From an uncultured Pseudomonadota bacterium (GTDB lineage Bacteria > Oederibacteriota > Muellerivitia > Muellerivitales > Muellerivitaceae), in the NCBI GenBank assembly GCA_963770835.1, contig CAVYRH010000005.1, forward strand, positions 160,001-224,000: DNA of 64,000 bases. Reading direction: 5' to 3'. The notes beneath the pieces are model-generated. The model worked only from the letters and a program-made list of their open reading frames with translations. It was not told the origin of the DNA and made no database searches. Below, in pieces: positions 30,122 to 38,780 of the stretch. Each line of letters opens with the position of its first letter. Position 1 is the first letter of the stretch. The position numbers were made by a program, and so were the translations under genes.

Positions 30122-30416
30122 CTCGAAATCCTTGAAAAGGTGATCACGACTTATTGACGATCGGGCGCTGCTTTTTCGGCGAACCACCGGTTTAAGTGGT
30201 TGAAAGCTGACATAGGGGGAACCTGGTGCGGGCAGTATAACACGTGTATTTGCGGCCCCGGAGCACGCTTTTAGGGGCCGGGAGGCGGTTCGGGTATCTT
30301 TTTCGTCCTTTCGAGGATTCCTCGTCCCAACTTTAGGGCGTGTGGGATAACTTTACCGTAGGGCAATCAAGCTCGGTTTGGAACGGTTTTAACCGTCGCC
30401 GGGGTTGATTTTGGGC

Positions 30417-30455
30417 AGCGCGGTTCCCGTCCCACGGGGCGGGAACCGCGCTTTT
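30417..30455 (+). terminator. Strong GC-rich hairpin with short T tract
   Basis: AGCGCGGTTCCCGTCC-CACG-GGGCGGGAACCGCGCT (16-bp stem, one G-U pair) followed by TTT. Confidence 0.55.
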
Positions 30456-30639
30456 AACATATCCATTTAGGAAACAGGGATAAACGTTGATTGAGATGGA
30501 TAAATTCAACTCCAAATCCGCGCTCGTTAACGTTCATCACTGTTCCAAATCCTTGGGGTTTGGGGAGTTGGAACACGTTGTCAAAGGTGAAAATAAGTCG
30601 TTCGGATCTTTTCGATATTGCTATCATCTCCAGGAACAA
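30454..30639 (-). pseudogene. Probable C-terminal remnant of a PilZ-domain gene
   Basis: LFLE...LIFTF...GTVMNVNERGFGVEFIHL resembles the last PilZ strands. An in-frame stop lies three codons upstream, so the RxxxR and DxSxxG motifs are missing. Confidence 0.4.
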
Positions 30640-30715
30640 GGGGTTTCATCCGGGTCAAACCCGGTTTGTTGAAGGAGGGGCCCCTCGAGTCAAGACCCGC
30701 CCGGGGGAATGGTGG

Positions 30716-31888
30716 ATGAAACCAGCGCCGAAGACGGACTTTTTTCTTGGGAAGTTCTTCCTCTTTTTCGTCAATAAATTCTTTTTTCTCGATTTTGAAA
30801 AATCCTTTGTTGTCTCCTGCCTCAGACTTTTTTTAATTTGGAACCCCCTTTGGACCCTCATCGTCACACTGATATTGGGAAACGGTACCCTCGCTCTCTT
30901 TGAATGGGGATGGAGATTCCTGGTAGCCACTCTTGTGTGCCTGCTGGGATTGACGGTCATCCGGCTTTTCACCCTCTCGGAAAAGGTTTGGATGGCCAGC
31001 TCGGATCGCACCCCGCCTAACCACGGCACGGGGTGGTATCTGTTGTTTCTGGGTATCCTGGCTCCTCTGGGGTCTTTCATAGCCCTGCACATGATGGTAG
31101 CTGGCATTAACCTTTTCTTCGCCGGTGCCCCCGTTACTGCGAACTTTCAATGGGAATATTATTGGAAAGAAATTCTATGGGTTTGGGCGCTTTTATTTGT
31201 TTGTTTCCTCTTCATTCACTGGCAGGAATTGAGAGACGCAGCCCAACAAGGGCAAATTCGGGCGGAGGAATTGGAAAAGGAAAGGTTGCAGGCCGCACTA
31301 GACAAATTGAAGGACCAGATGAATCCCCATTTCCTTTTCAACACCCTCAACACCGTGGCGGCCTTAATTCCTGCGGATCCGGTCAAGGCTGAGGAAGTGA
31401 TCGTCAAGCTTTCGAGTATTTTCCAGGGGGTTTTGGAAGCCACGCGCAAAGCCAATCATTCCTTGGAGAAAGAACTTGAGTTCTGCCGGAATTACCTGGA
31501 CATTGAAAAAGCCCGTTTCGGATCCCGACTGGTTTCGGAGATCGAGATCGAAAAGGGCCTGGACACCGCCGGAGTTCAAATACCGGTACTCTTGCTCCAG
31601 CCGTTGGTGGAAAACGCGGTGAAACACGGCCTTTCTTCCCGCGCGGCGGGGGGCAAGGTTTGGATCAAGGCTGCGTTGCGTGACGGCCGATTGGAAGTAA
31701 AAGTGGAAGATGACGGGGTGGGTTTTGGAAACTCGCCTTACGCCGGTTCCGGAACGGCCCTGGAGAACTGCCGCAAGAGGCTGGAATTGGGGTTTGAAAA
31801 AGAGGGACGGTTGGAAATAAGGCCCCGCGAAGGTGGTGGAACAACCATTTTCCTGTCCATGCCGGTTTTAACCGCGGATTCGAACTGA
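30716..31888 (+). CDS. LytS/YehU-type membrane sensor histidine kinase
   Basis: About 4 transmembrane segments, LKDQMNPHFLFNTLN, YLDIEKARF, LQPLVENAVKHG and DDGVG. Start uncertain; the ORF is open from 30491. Confidence 0.9.
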   Translation: MKPAPKTDFFLGKFFLFFVNKFFFLDFEKSFVVSCLRLFLIWNPLWTLIVTLILGNGTLALFEWGWRFLVATLVCLLGLTVIRLFTLSEKVWMASSDRTPPNHGTGWYLLFLGILAPLGSFIALHMMVAGINLFFAGAPVTANFQWEYYWKEILWVWALLFVCFLFIHWQELRDAAQQGQIRAEELEKERLQAALDKLKDQMNPHFLFNTLNTVAALIPADPVKAEEVIVKLSSIFQGVLEATRKANHSLEKELEFCRNYLDIEKARFGSRLVSEIEIEKGLDTAGVQIPVLLLQPLVENAVKHGLSSRAAGGKVWIKAALRDGRLEVKVEDDGVGFGNSPYAGSGTALENCRKRLELGFEKEGRLEIRPREGGGTTIFLSMPVLTADSN

Positions 31889-31923
31889 ATCGGCTTGGAA
31901 ATTAAACATTTCCTGGAGGAACG

Positions 31924-32673
31924 ATGATTAAGGCTTTGATCGTGGATGACGAGGCTCCCGCAAGGTCCCGGTTGGCCCGGATGCTCTCGGCCTTTGGGGA
32001 CTTGGAAGTGGTCGGTGAGGCCTCCAACGGCCTGGAAGCCCTCCAGACCGTCCAAAACCTCCAGCCCGACCTGGTATTCCTGGACATTGAAATGCCCGAA
32101 CTGAACGGTTTGGAAGTGGCGGAAGCCTGGGGCGGGAAAGGCCCCGCCGTGGTTTTCGTGACGGCTTATAGCGAGCATGCCTTAAAAGCCTTTGAGCTTT
32201 CGGCCCTCGACTACCTTGTGAAGCCCGTGTCCCCCGAGAGGCTGGCTGAGACCATCGAAAGGGTCCGCCGCCAAAAGGAACCCCGGCCCGCAGCCCATCT
32301 TCAAAAACTGATTGAGAGTTTGCAAGAAGGCCGAACCCGGCGGAGGATGGCCGTGAAGAGCGGGGCCAAGTACCGCGTTTTCGAGCCGTCCCAGGTTTCC
32401 GCCATTGTGGCCCGGGAGCATTATGCTGCCCTCCTGGTGGATGGCCAGGAATTGCTGGCCGACGACAGCCTGGACCAATTGGCCCAAAGGCTGGATCCGG
32501 CGAGGTTCTTGCGGATCCACCGCAGCGCCATCATTAACTTGGATTACTTGAGGGAACTGGAACACGAGGGGGACCGGAAATACACGGCGGTTTTATCGGA
32601 CCCGGCCAAAACCCGCCTGCCGGTCAGCCGCGAAAAGCTGGAGGATTTGAGGAAGGTGCTGGGTTTGGAATAG
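31924..32673 (+). CDS. LytTR family response regulator
   Basis: Receiver domain (VDDE, FLDIEMP, FVTAY, DYLVKP) plus LytTR motifs FLRIHRSAIIN and LPVSR. Confidence 0.93.
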   Translation: MIKALIVDDEAPARSRLARMLSAFGDLEVVGEASNGLEALQTVQNLQPDLVFLDIEMPELNGLEVAEAWGGKGPAVVFVTAYSEHALKAFELSALDYLVKPVSPERLAETIERVRRQKEPRPAAHLQKLIESLQEGRTRRRMAVKSGAKYRVFEPSQVSAIVAREHYAALLVDGQELLADDSLDQLAQRLDPARFLRIHRSAIINLDYLRELEHEGDRKYTAVLSDPAKTRLPVSREKLEDLRKVLGLE

Positions 32674-32793
32674 CAATCAGGAAAAATCCGGGAAGCCGGA
32701 TGGGCCCGAACCGACGGGAAAACGGCGGGATGCCTTTCCTGTCCCGAGGCCAAAAGTTTTTTGGGAGTTCGATGAATTGTGAGGCGGTTTTAA

Positions 32794-35700
32794 ATGGCAG
32801 TCGGCGGACTTACTCTTCAACATCTACAACGGCGGGCCCTCTTGGGCCTGGTGATGGTTTTCGCCTTTGTTTTGCCATTGAGGGCTTTCGGCCAAACACA
32901 GTTGACCGCTTCCTCCGGCCTTTCGTCCCCATCGGGTGCCGCAGTCAGTTCGGCCCCAGCAACGGATTTGACCGTCAGTTCCGATGAAGAGATTAAAATA
33001 TTAGACGCCATCGATTCCCAGTCCAACACTCCGAACGCCCAACAAACACCTTCGACGGCCGCTGCCCCCTCTACCCCGGTTTCAGCCTTAACCTCGGTGG
33101 CTTACGCCCCACCGAAGGCCCCCACGGGGTTAAGCGTATTGATCCTGAAGGAAGGGGTTTATCTTTCCTGGGATGCCGCACCGCCGGATTCGCCCGTCAC
33201 CGCCTACAACGTCTACCGGTCCACCACCCCCGGCGGGGGATACCGGCTGGTCAACGCCAAACCACTTTCGGCCCCCTATTTCCTGGATAGCGCCCAAAAT
33301 AGCCTGTCGCTTCCGAGGAACGGAGAGGATTATTTTTACGTGGTTTCCGCCACGGACTCCCAAGGCCAAACTAGTCCCGACTCGGATGAAATCACGGTTA
33401 CCCCCCAAGGCATGGATATTCCTGAGGAAGCGCAGGCCGCCAAACCCACTCCCACGGCCACTCCCGAGGAAAAGGAAATAGCGATCCCCGAAAAAAACAT
33501 CATCAATCTCCAGCTCCCGGCCGATACCCAGTTATCGATCCAGGGGTATAAAAAGATCGATGTCGCATTGGCTTTCCAGGATTTTTACAACCGGCCCGTG
33601 GCCAACGGCATCCTCCAGGAACAGGACACCACCCTCGTAAACCAGGAATTGGTGGTCAACTTGCAAGGAAAGGTGGGGAGAAACGTCGACGTGAACGTGG
33701 ATTATAGCGACGTCAACCGGGCCGGCGGTGTGGACCAAAGCAAACAGATAATTTCCATCGTCTACCACGGCGACCAGGACAGCCCGGTCCAGGAGGTGGA
33801 ATTCGGGGACCTCCAGCTGTTGCTGCCCAACACCGAGTTCGCGGGTTTCAGCAAAAACCTATTCGGGCTCCAGGCCAAGTTGAAATTCGACCAGTTCAGG
33901 CTCACTACCTTTTTCGCCCAGACCAAGGGTATCGCGGAAACCAAGACCTTCACCGGTAATTCCGTCCAGGTGGACAACGTGATCCAAGATATTACCTATA
34001 TCCCCAATAAGTATTTCCTCATCACCAGGGAATTTTTGACTCCAACCTCGACATCAAGTTCCAATGGAGCCCTTCCGACGCCCAATTCCGAGCAGATCTG
34101 GGTGGATGCGGGCAACGGCCAATTGAACCCTACCGGGCCTAATTTCGGGGGGCCTAACAATGCCTTCGAACATTGGTTACCGGGGCGGGATTACACCGTC
34201 GACTACACCACCGGCATCATTACCTTCATACGGGCCATGTCTTCCACCGCCAGGATCGCTGTTGGATTTACAAACCAAAACGGCCAGTACAGGGGCCTGA
34301 ACGCCTATAACAACAGCAACACGGCGAATTTCCCCAACACTACGCCCTCCACCAACCTCTTCGTCCCGGATGACGGGGTGGTCGGCGTTGCGGTCACTAC
34401 GGGCGCTAAACCACACGGCCCAGGATATTTGATCAAGGATAACAACAATTCCGTGGGCAACAGCTCTCCCAATGCCATCGCCCTTTCGCCCCTTTACTTG
34501 GTCAATTATTACAACCTTGGCACCACCAAGATCATTCCCCCGTCGGAAGATCCGAATTTTCTTTTCCAAATCATCAACAACAGCAACACTGTTCTTCAAA
34601 CAGGGCAAGGTGTCTCCCAAGTGGGCGCTTCCAATCCCTGGGTTTACAACGTGGACCTGGACTTCAACTACCTGACGGTCACCAATTCCAATTTCCTGGC
34701 CTCCAGCGCACCCCAGTCCTTTCTTTGGCCGGAACGTCCCTTCGCCAACTTGGACGCTACCGGTGGGTCCAGCTCCAGCGCGAGCCCGCCGGACGTCTAT
34801 TGCCAAACCGTCGCTCCTTTCAGCCAATACAGTATCCATATCCGCTACAAAACCGAATCCAGCAATTACAGCCTGGGACGGTTCAACATCATCCAGGGGA
34901 GCGAATCGGTCTTCCTGGACGGGCGCCGCCTGCGCCGGGACGTGGATTACCTGTTCGACTATACGTCGGGCTTCCTGGACTTCCCCGACAAGAGCATCCT
35001 CCGGCCGGACAGCCAGGTCGTGGTGAGTTACGAATACTCGCCCTTCGGAAGCTTCAGCCAGGACAACATCCTGGGGGCCCGGGCCGAATACGACCTCACC
35101 GACAATTTCTTCATCGGTTCCACCTTCCTGGAGGAGGACGCCCAGCAGCCCATCGACACTCCCCAGATCGGTTCCACTCCCAATTCCCTGACCCTCTTCG
35201 ACGCTGACACCCGGCTGGACTTGTCCCAGGACGACGTGAAATCCCTCACGAGCGCCATTCCCGGCCTGGAAAACTGGAAACCGCCCTTGAGCGTCAAGCT
35301 GTCGGGCGAGGTCGCGCAAAGCTATTTCAACCCCGACACCTTCAACGCGGAAGGGGAGAGTGGCGTGGCTATGATCGATAACATGGAGGGCATCGACAGT
35401 GTGACCGGGGCTTCCACGAACCAAACCAGCTGGCTGGTTTCGGCGGCCCCTGAGCCCGTGGCCTTCCTGGGGAATATACCCTACGACGCGGGGCCGGACC
35501 CGACCAATAACCGCACCCGGTTTTACTGGGCTGGCGCCCCCAACTCTAATATGGAAGTTTTCCAGACCATCGGAACCCAAAACACCGGGTCCGCGAACTT
35601 TACCAACGTTCCGGCCTACGGCGGCCATATCTACGCCCAGACGCAACAAGCCAACGACGCGGTCCAGGTCCTTCAATTTCCTTACAGTAACTTAACCAGC

Positions 35701-38700
35701 AATCAATGGGCGGGGCTTCGGCAGATTATTTCCGTCAACGGAACGGACTTTTCCAACGTTACCTACCTTGAAAGCTATGTTTATAACGACGGCAAACCCA
35801 AATGGATCATGGTGGATTTTGGGGTGATGAGCGAGGAATCCAATGGGGTAGTGAACGCTGCCCCTGGAAGCATTACCTTTTCTGATCCCAATGAATACGC
35901 CCAACCACAACTGCCGGCGAATTCGGCCTATGGTTTGCCGACTTTTTACTATCAAGGCAACCCTTGGTCGGCGGACGGAAGCTATGCCGCGCCGGTGAGC
36001 GGGCTGATCCGGAATGAGCAGACTTCCCAAGAAGGGGTCAGCGTGGGAAGTGGCACCAGTTACGTCAACGAGGACCTGAACGGCGACAATATCCTGGAAG
36101 GAAACTCCAACGATGCCTATTACGAATACGGCATCCAGGCCAACTGGACCGGATGGCATGAGATAAAAATACCTGTCAACTTCACGGCGCCGGACAGCAT
36201 GAGCACCACACCCGACGGGATCACGTACTTTTTTCATACCCAAGGTTTGGCCAGCCCCACCATCATTCGCACGGCCCGGCTTTGGATGACGGGTACAAGC
36301 CCCTCTCCAGTTAGCGGGGACGTTTATTTCGAGAATATTAGTTTTGCCCACAACCTTTGGCAGCTACAGGTGGACCCCACGGCCCCTGCCGGCGTGACGG
36401 TCAATACCTCCGAGTTCGACGCGAATTCCATCAGCCAGGACCAGAACCCCAGTTACCAACCAACCTTGAGGTTCTTGACCGTTGAGGCCGGCCAGGACCA
36501 ATCCGCAATCCTGTATAAGGAAAAAGCCCTGGAACTCACTTACAGCCTGACACAAGGGGATCCTTACAATGGAATGCTATATGCCACCCGTCTTTTCAAC
36601 CAGGGTGTGGACCTCACCGACTACCTGGATCTTCGCATCGATCTTTATATGCGGGCATTTCAGCCGGGGGACGTATTGTATGTCCGCCTGGGCAACGACC
36701 CGCAGGACTATTACCAGTACAACATCGATTTAAGCGCGGCTGCCGTCACTTGCTTGAATACCTGGGGGGTGGTGGACCTTCCGTTAAGTGGTTCGGGGGG
36801 CAACCGCTCGCAGGTGGGAACGCCCTATATCAACCGCACCTCTACTGTCAGTTTCGGCATCATTTCGCACAGCGGGGTATCGGGTTTCGTGGGGGACCTT
36901 TGGATCAACAACCTGCGCGGCGTCAACTCCAACGTGCGAAGCGGCGTGGCCCGGCGTGCCGACGCAGCTTTCCTTATCGGGGACGATTCCAAGAAGCCCT
37001 TCGCTACGGTCAACACCCGGTACAGGGAAGTGGACTCGGGTTTCACGGAGATCGACCAGACCAGCACCCATTTCCAGCATTCCACCCAATTGGGGGCGGA
37101 CTACACTTCCAGCGGGGTGTCCCTTTTCTCCCAGCCGCTGGTAACCCAGGCCTCTTATACCCACCAAGACCTGACTACCGAGTCCGCCTTGCTCAACAAC
37201 CCCTATTACATCGCCCTGCCCAACACCCACACCGACAACGCCACGGGGAGCATCAGCTATACCAAGGACCTGGGGGCTTCCTGGGGCCGTTTGACGGCTG
37301 TGCGGCTATCGGGAAGCTACGACTACGAAATCGACAACTTCCCCACTAGCGACTACCTTTCCCAACCGGGGGTGCAAGGAAACACCCTGAAAGACCAGGA
37401 AGTCTATACGCTGGCCTCCACTTACGACGCCCCCCAGAAGTTCTTCTTCCTGCCTATTGGGGCCAACCAGCTCACGGAAACCTACAGCCTTACCCATAAT
37501 TACCAGGGGTACCTTCCCCCGAACAACCTCGAACTGGCGAGTTACGACCGGACCACCCGGATGCAGACTTATGGCTGGACCAACACGACGGAGATCGTGA
37601 AAAACCTTGTTTTCACCCCTGGTTATACTTGGACCCTTACCGACGCGGAAGGGAACACCACCTCACCGGGCGTTCCGGTATCCATTTCCAGTTATTCCCC
37701 GACTTTCACGCCCTTCCAGGAGCAGACACAGCCCAAGGCGGGGCTGGTGTACCGGGGCATTCCAGGCCTCATCCCCTCGGTGGCCTATACGGGCAGTAAC
37801 GGTTACGACTGGTTTTCCTATCAGGACGGACTTCGGTTTAACAATGCAAATACGCTTAACTACACCTTCAACTTTACGCCCAGCAGCTGGTTCGGTTTCC
37901 TGCAAAAAATAAACCCAACCGTGACCGCGAGCCGGACGGACAACGCCACGGCCGCCATTCCCGGCTACCACAACGGGCTTTTGAACTTCTGGCAACAATG
38001 GCTCATCGACCCTGATTTCAACGACTCCCTTACGGCCAGCCAATCGCGGACCGACCAGCTGACCGCAGAATTCAAGCTATTTGACGTGTGGGATTTCAGG
38101 CCCAACGCCTCCTGGAACAACCAGTTGAGCCTGCTTTCCCAGGGAACGAATCCGGTGCAGCAATATGGGAAAACGCTCGGCCTTACGACCGTCTATAACC
38201 ATAAACTCTTCACCCTGCCCCTGGTGCCCCTTACCATGGATTCCGCCCAGTTCCAATATACCCATACGGACAGTACCCAGTATGATTCTTCCATACCGCC
38301 TAATATTTCTAATGAGACCACCAGCGACCTCTATGGAATCACGCTGCCTTACGAGCTCGGCAAGAATTTTGCCCAGGGCAACATCCATTTGCAGCGCACC
38401 ACGGGCACCCAAAACGGACTTTCCACCTTGAACACCCTCGTGACACAATTGGACGACCAAGCCACCATCGAATACGACCAAAAATTGGCTCCCAACCTGG
38501 AGTTGCACATTCCCTTCACGCATTGGAAAATAAAGCTGGATAACGCCATCGAACTCAAGGCCACCTTCCTGATGGAATTCGTCAACAACCAGTCCACTTA
38601 CATCACCAATGAAACCCTGACCCAAAGGTACCGTGGTACAATCGACATCAATTACAATGCCCTTAAAAACCTGCGAATCGGCATCGGCCTGGCAAATGAG

Positions 38701-38778
38701 TATTTTACAAACACCCTAAATAACCAATTAGATTACGTCCTATGGCAGGGTGACATTTCGGCCGAGGCGCGGTTTTAA
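32794..38778 (+). CDS. SprA/Sov-like giant outer-membrane protein (T9SS translocon-like) with N-terminal FN3 domain
   Basis: Signal peptide. SprA-like blocks in order: VQEVEFGDLQLLLP..NLFGLQAKLKF, GRDYTVDYTTG, FNIIQGSESVFLDGRRLRRDVDYLFDYTSG, ILGARAEY..FFIGST, LSGEVAQS..AMIDNMEG, NEDLNGD, VRLGND..YYQY, LWINNLR. Amphipathic beta-strand C-terminal region ending in Phe (EARF). Confidence 0.75.
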   Translation: MAVGGLTLQHLQRRALLGLVMVFAFVLPLRAFGQTQLTASSGLSSPSGAAVSSAPATDLTVSSDEEIKILDAIDSQSNTPNAQQTPSTAAAPSTPVSALTSVAYAPPKAPTGLSVLILKEGVYLSWDAAPPDSPVTAYNVYRSTTPGGGYRLVNAKPLSAPYFLDSAQNSLSLPRNGEDYFYVVSATDSQGQTSPDSDEITVTPQGMDIPEEAQAAKPTPTATPEEKEIAIPEKNIINLQLPADTQLSIQGYKKIDVALAFQDFYNRPVANGILQEQDTTLVNQELVVNLQGKVGRNVDVNVDYSDVNRAGGVDQSKQIISIVYHGDQDSPVQEVEFGDLQLLLPNTEFAGFSKNLFGLQAKLKFDQFRLTTFFAQTKGIAETKTFTGNSVQVDNVIQDITYIPNKYFLITREFLTPTSTSSSNGALPTPNSEQIWVDAGNGQLNPTGPNFGGPNNAFEHWLPGRDYTVDYTTGIITFIRAMSSTARIAVGFTNQNGQYRGLNAYNNSNTANFPNTTPSTNLFVPDDGVVGVAVTTGAKPHGPGYLIKDNNNSVGNSSPNAIALSPLYLVNYYNLGTTKIIPPSEDPNFLFQIINNSNTVLQTGQGVSQVGASNPWVYNVDLDFNYLTVTNSNFLASSAPQSFLWPERPFANLDATGGSSSSASPPDVYCQTVAPFSQYSIHIRYKTESSNYSLGRFNIIQGSESVFLDGRRLRRDVDYLFDYTSGFLDFPDKSILRPDSQVVVSYEYSPFGSFSQDNILGARAEYDLTDNFFIGSTFLEEDAQQPIDTPQIGSTPNSLTLFDADTRLDLSQDDVKSLTSAIPGLENWKPPLSVKLSGEVAQSYFNPDTFNAEGESGVAMIDNMEGIDSVTGASTNQTSWLVSAAPEPVAFLGNIPYDAGPDPTNNRTRFYWAGAPNSNMEVFQTIGTQNTGSANFTNVPAYGGHIYAQTQQANDAVQVLQFPYSNLTSNQWAGLRQIISVNGTDFSNVTYLESYVYNDGKPKWIMVDFGVMSEESNGVVNAAPGSITFSDPNEYAQPQLPANSAYGLPTFYYQGNPWSADGSYAAPVSGLIRNEQTSQEGVSVGSGTSYVNEDLNGDNILEGNSNDAYYEYGIQANWTGWHEIKIPVNFTAPDSMSTTPDGITYFFHTQGLASPTIIRTARLWMTGTSPSPVSGDVYFENISFAHNLWQLQVDPTAPAGVTVNTSEFDANSISQDQNPSYQPTLRFLTVEAGQDQSAILYKEKALELTYSLTQGDPYNGMLYATRLFNQGVDLTDYLDLRIDLYMRAFQPGDVLYVRLGNDPQDYYQYNIDLSAAAVTCLNTWGVVDLPLSGSGGNRSQVGTPYINRTSTVSFGIISHSGVSGFVGDLWINNLRGVNSNVRSGVARRADAAFLIGDDSKKPFATVNTRYREVDSGFTEIDQTSTHFQHSTQLGADYTSSGVSLFSQPLVTQASYTHQDLTTESALLNNPYYIALPNTHTDNATGSISYTKDLGASWGRLTAVRLSGSYDYEIDNFPTSDYLSQPGVQGNTLKDQEVYTLASTYDAPQKFFFLPIGANQLTETYSLTHNYQGYLPPNNLELASYDRTTRMQTYGWTNTTEIVKNLVFTPGYTWTLTDAEGNTTSPGVPVSISSYSPTFTPFQEQTQPKAGLVYRGIPGLIPSVAYTGSNGYDWFSYQDGLRFNNANTLNYTFNFTPSSWFGFLQKINPTVTASRTDNATAAIPGYHNGLLNFWQQWLIDPDFNDSLTASQSRTDQLTAEFKLFDVWDFRPNASWNNQLSLLSQGTNPVQQYGKTLGLTTVYNHKLFTLPLVPLTMDSAQFQYTHTDSTQYDSSIPPNISNETTSDLYGITLPYELGKNFAQGNIHLQRTTGTQNGLSTLNTLVTQLDDQATIEYDQKLAPNLELHIPFTHWKIKLDNAIELKATFLMEFVNNQSTYITNETLTQRYRGTIDINYNALKNLRIGIGLANEYFTNTLNNQLDYVLWQGDISAEARF

Positions 38779-38780
38779 CC

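Noticed and set aside
32827..32847. Twin-arginine (Tat) signal QRRALL in the SprA-like protein
   Set aside because: Weak match to S/T-R-R-x-F-L-K, and outer-membrane beta-barrels normally use Sec.
34177..35676. Long antisense ORFs (499 aa here; also 3532-4632, 22836-23579 and others)
   Set aside because: They shadow GC-rich sense genes and carry no recognisable motifs.
32781..38778. GCGGTTTTAA at both ends of the sprA-like gene as a possible target-site duplication
   Set aside because: CGGTTTTAA recurs elsewhere in the window (near 958, 30384 and 31863), and the second copy simply encodes the C-terminal ARF-stop.
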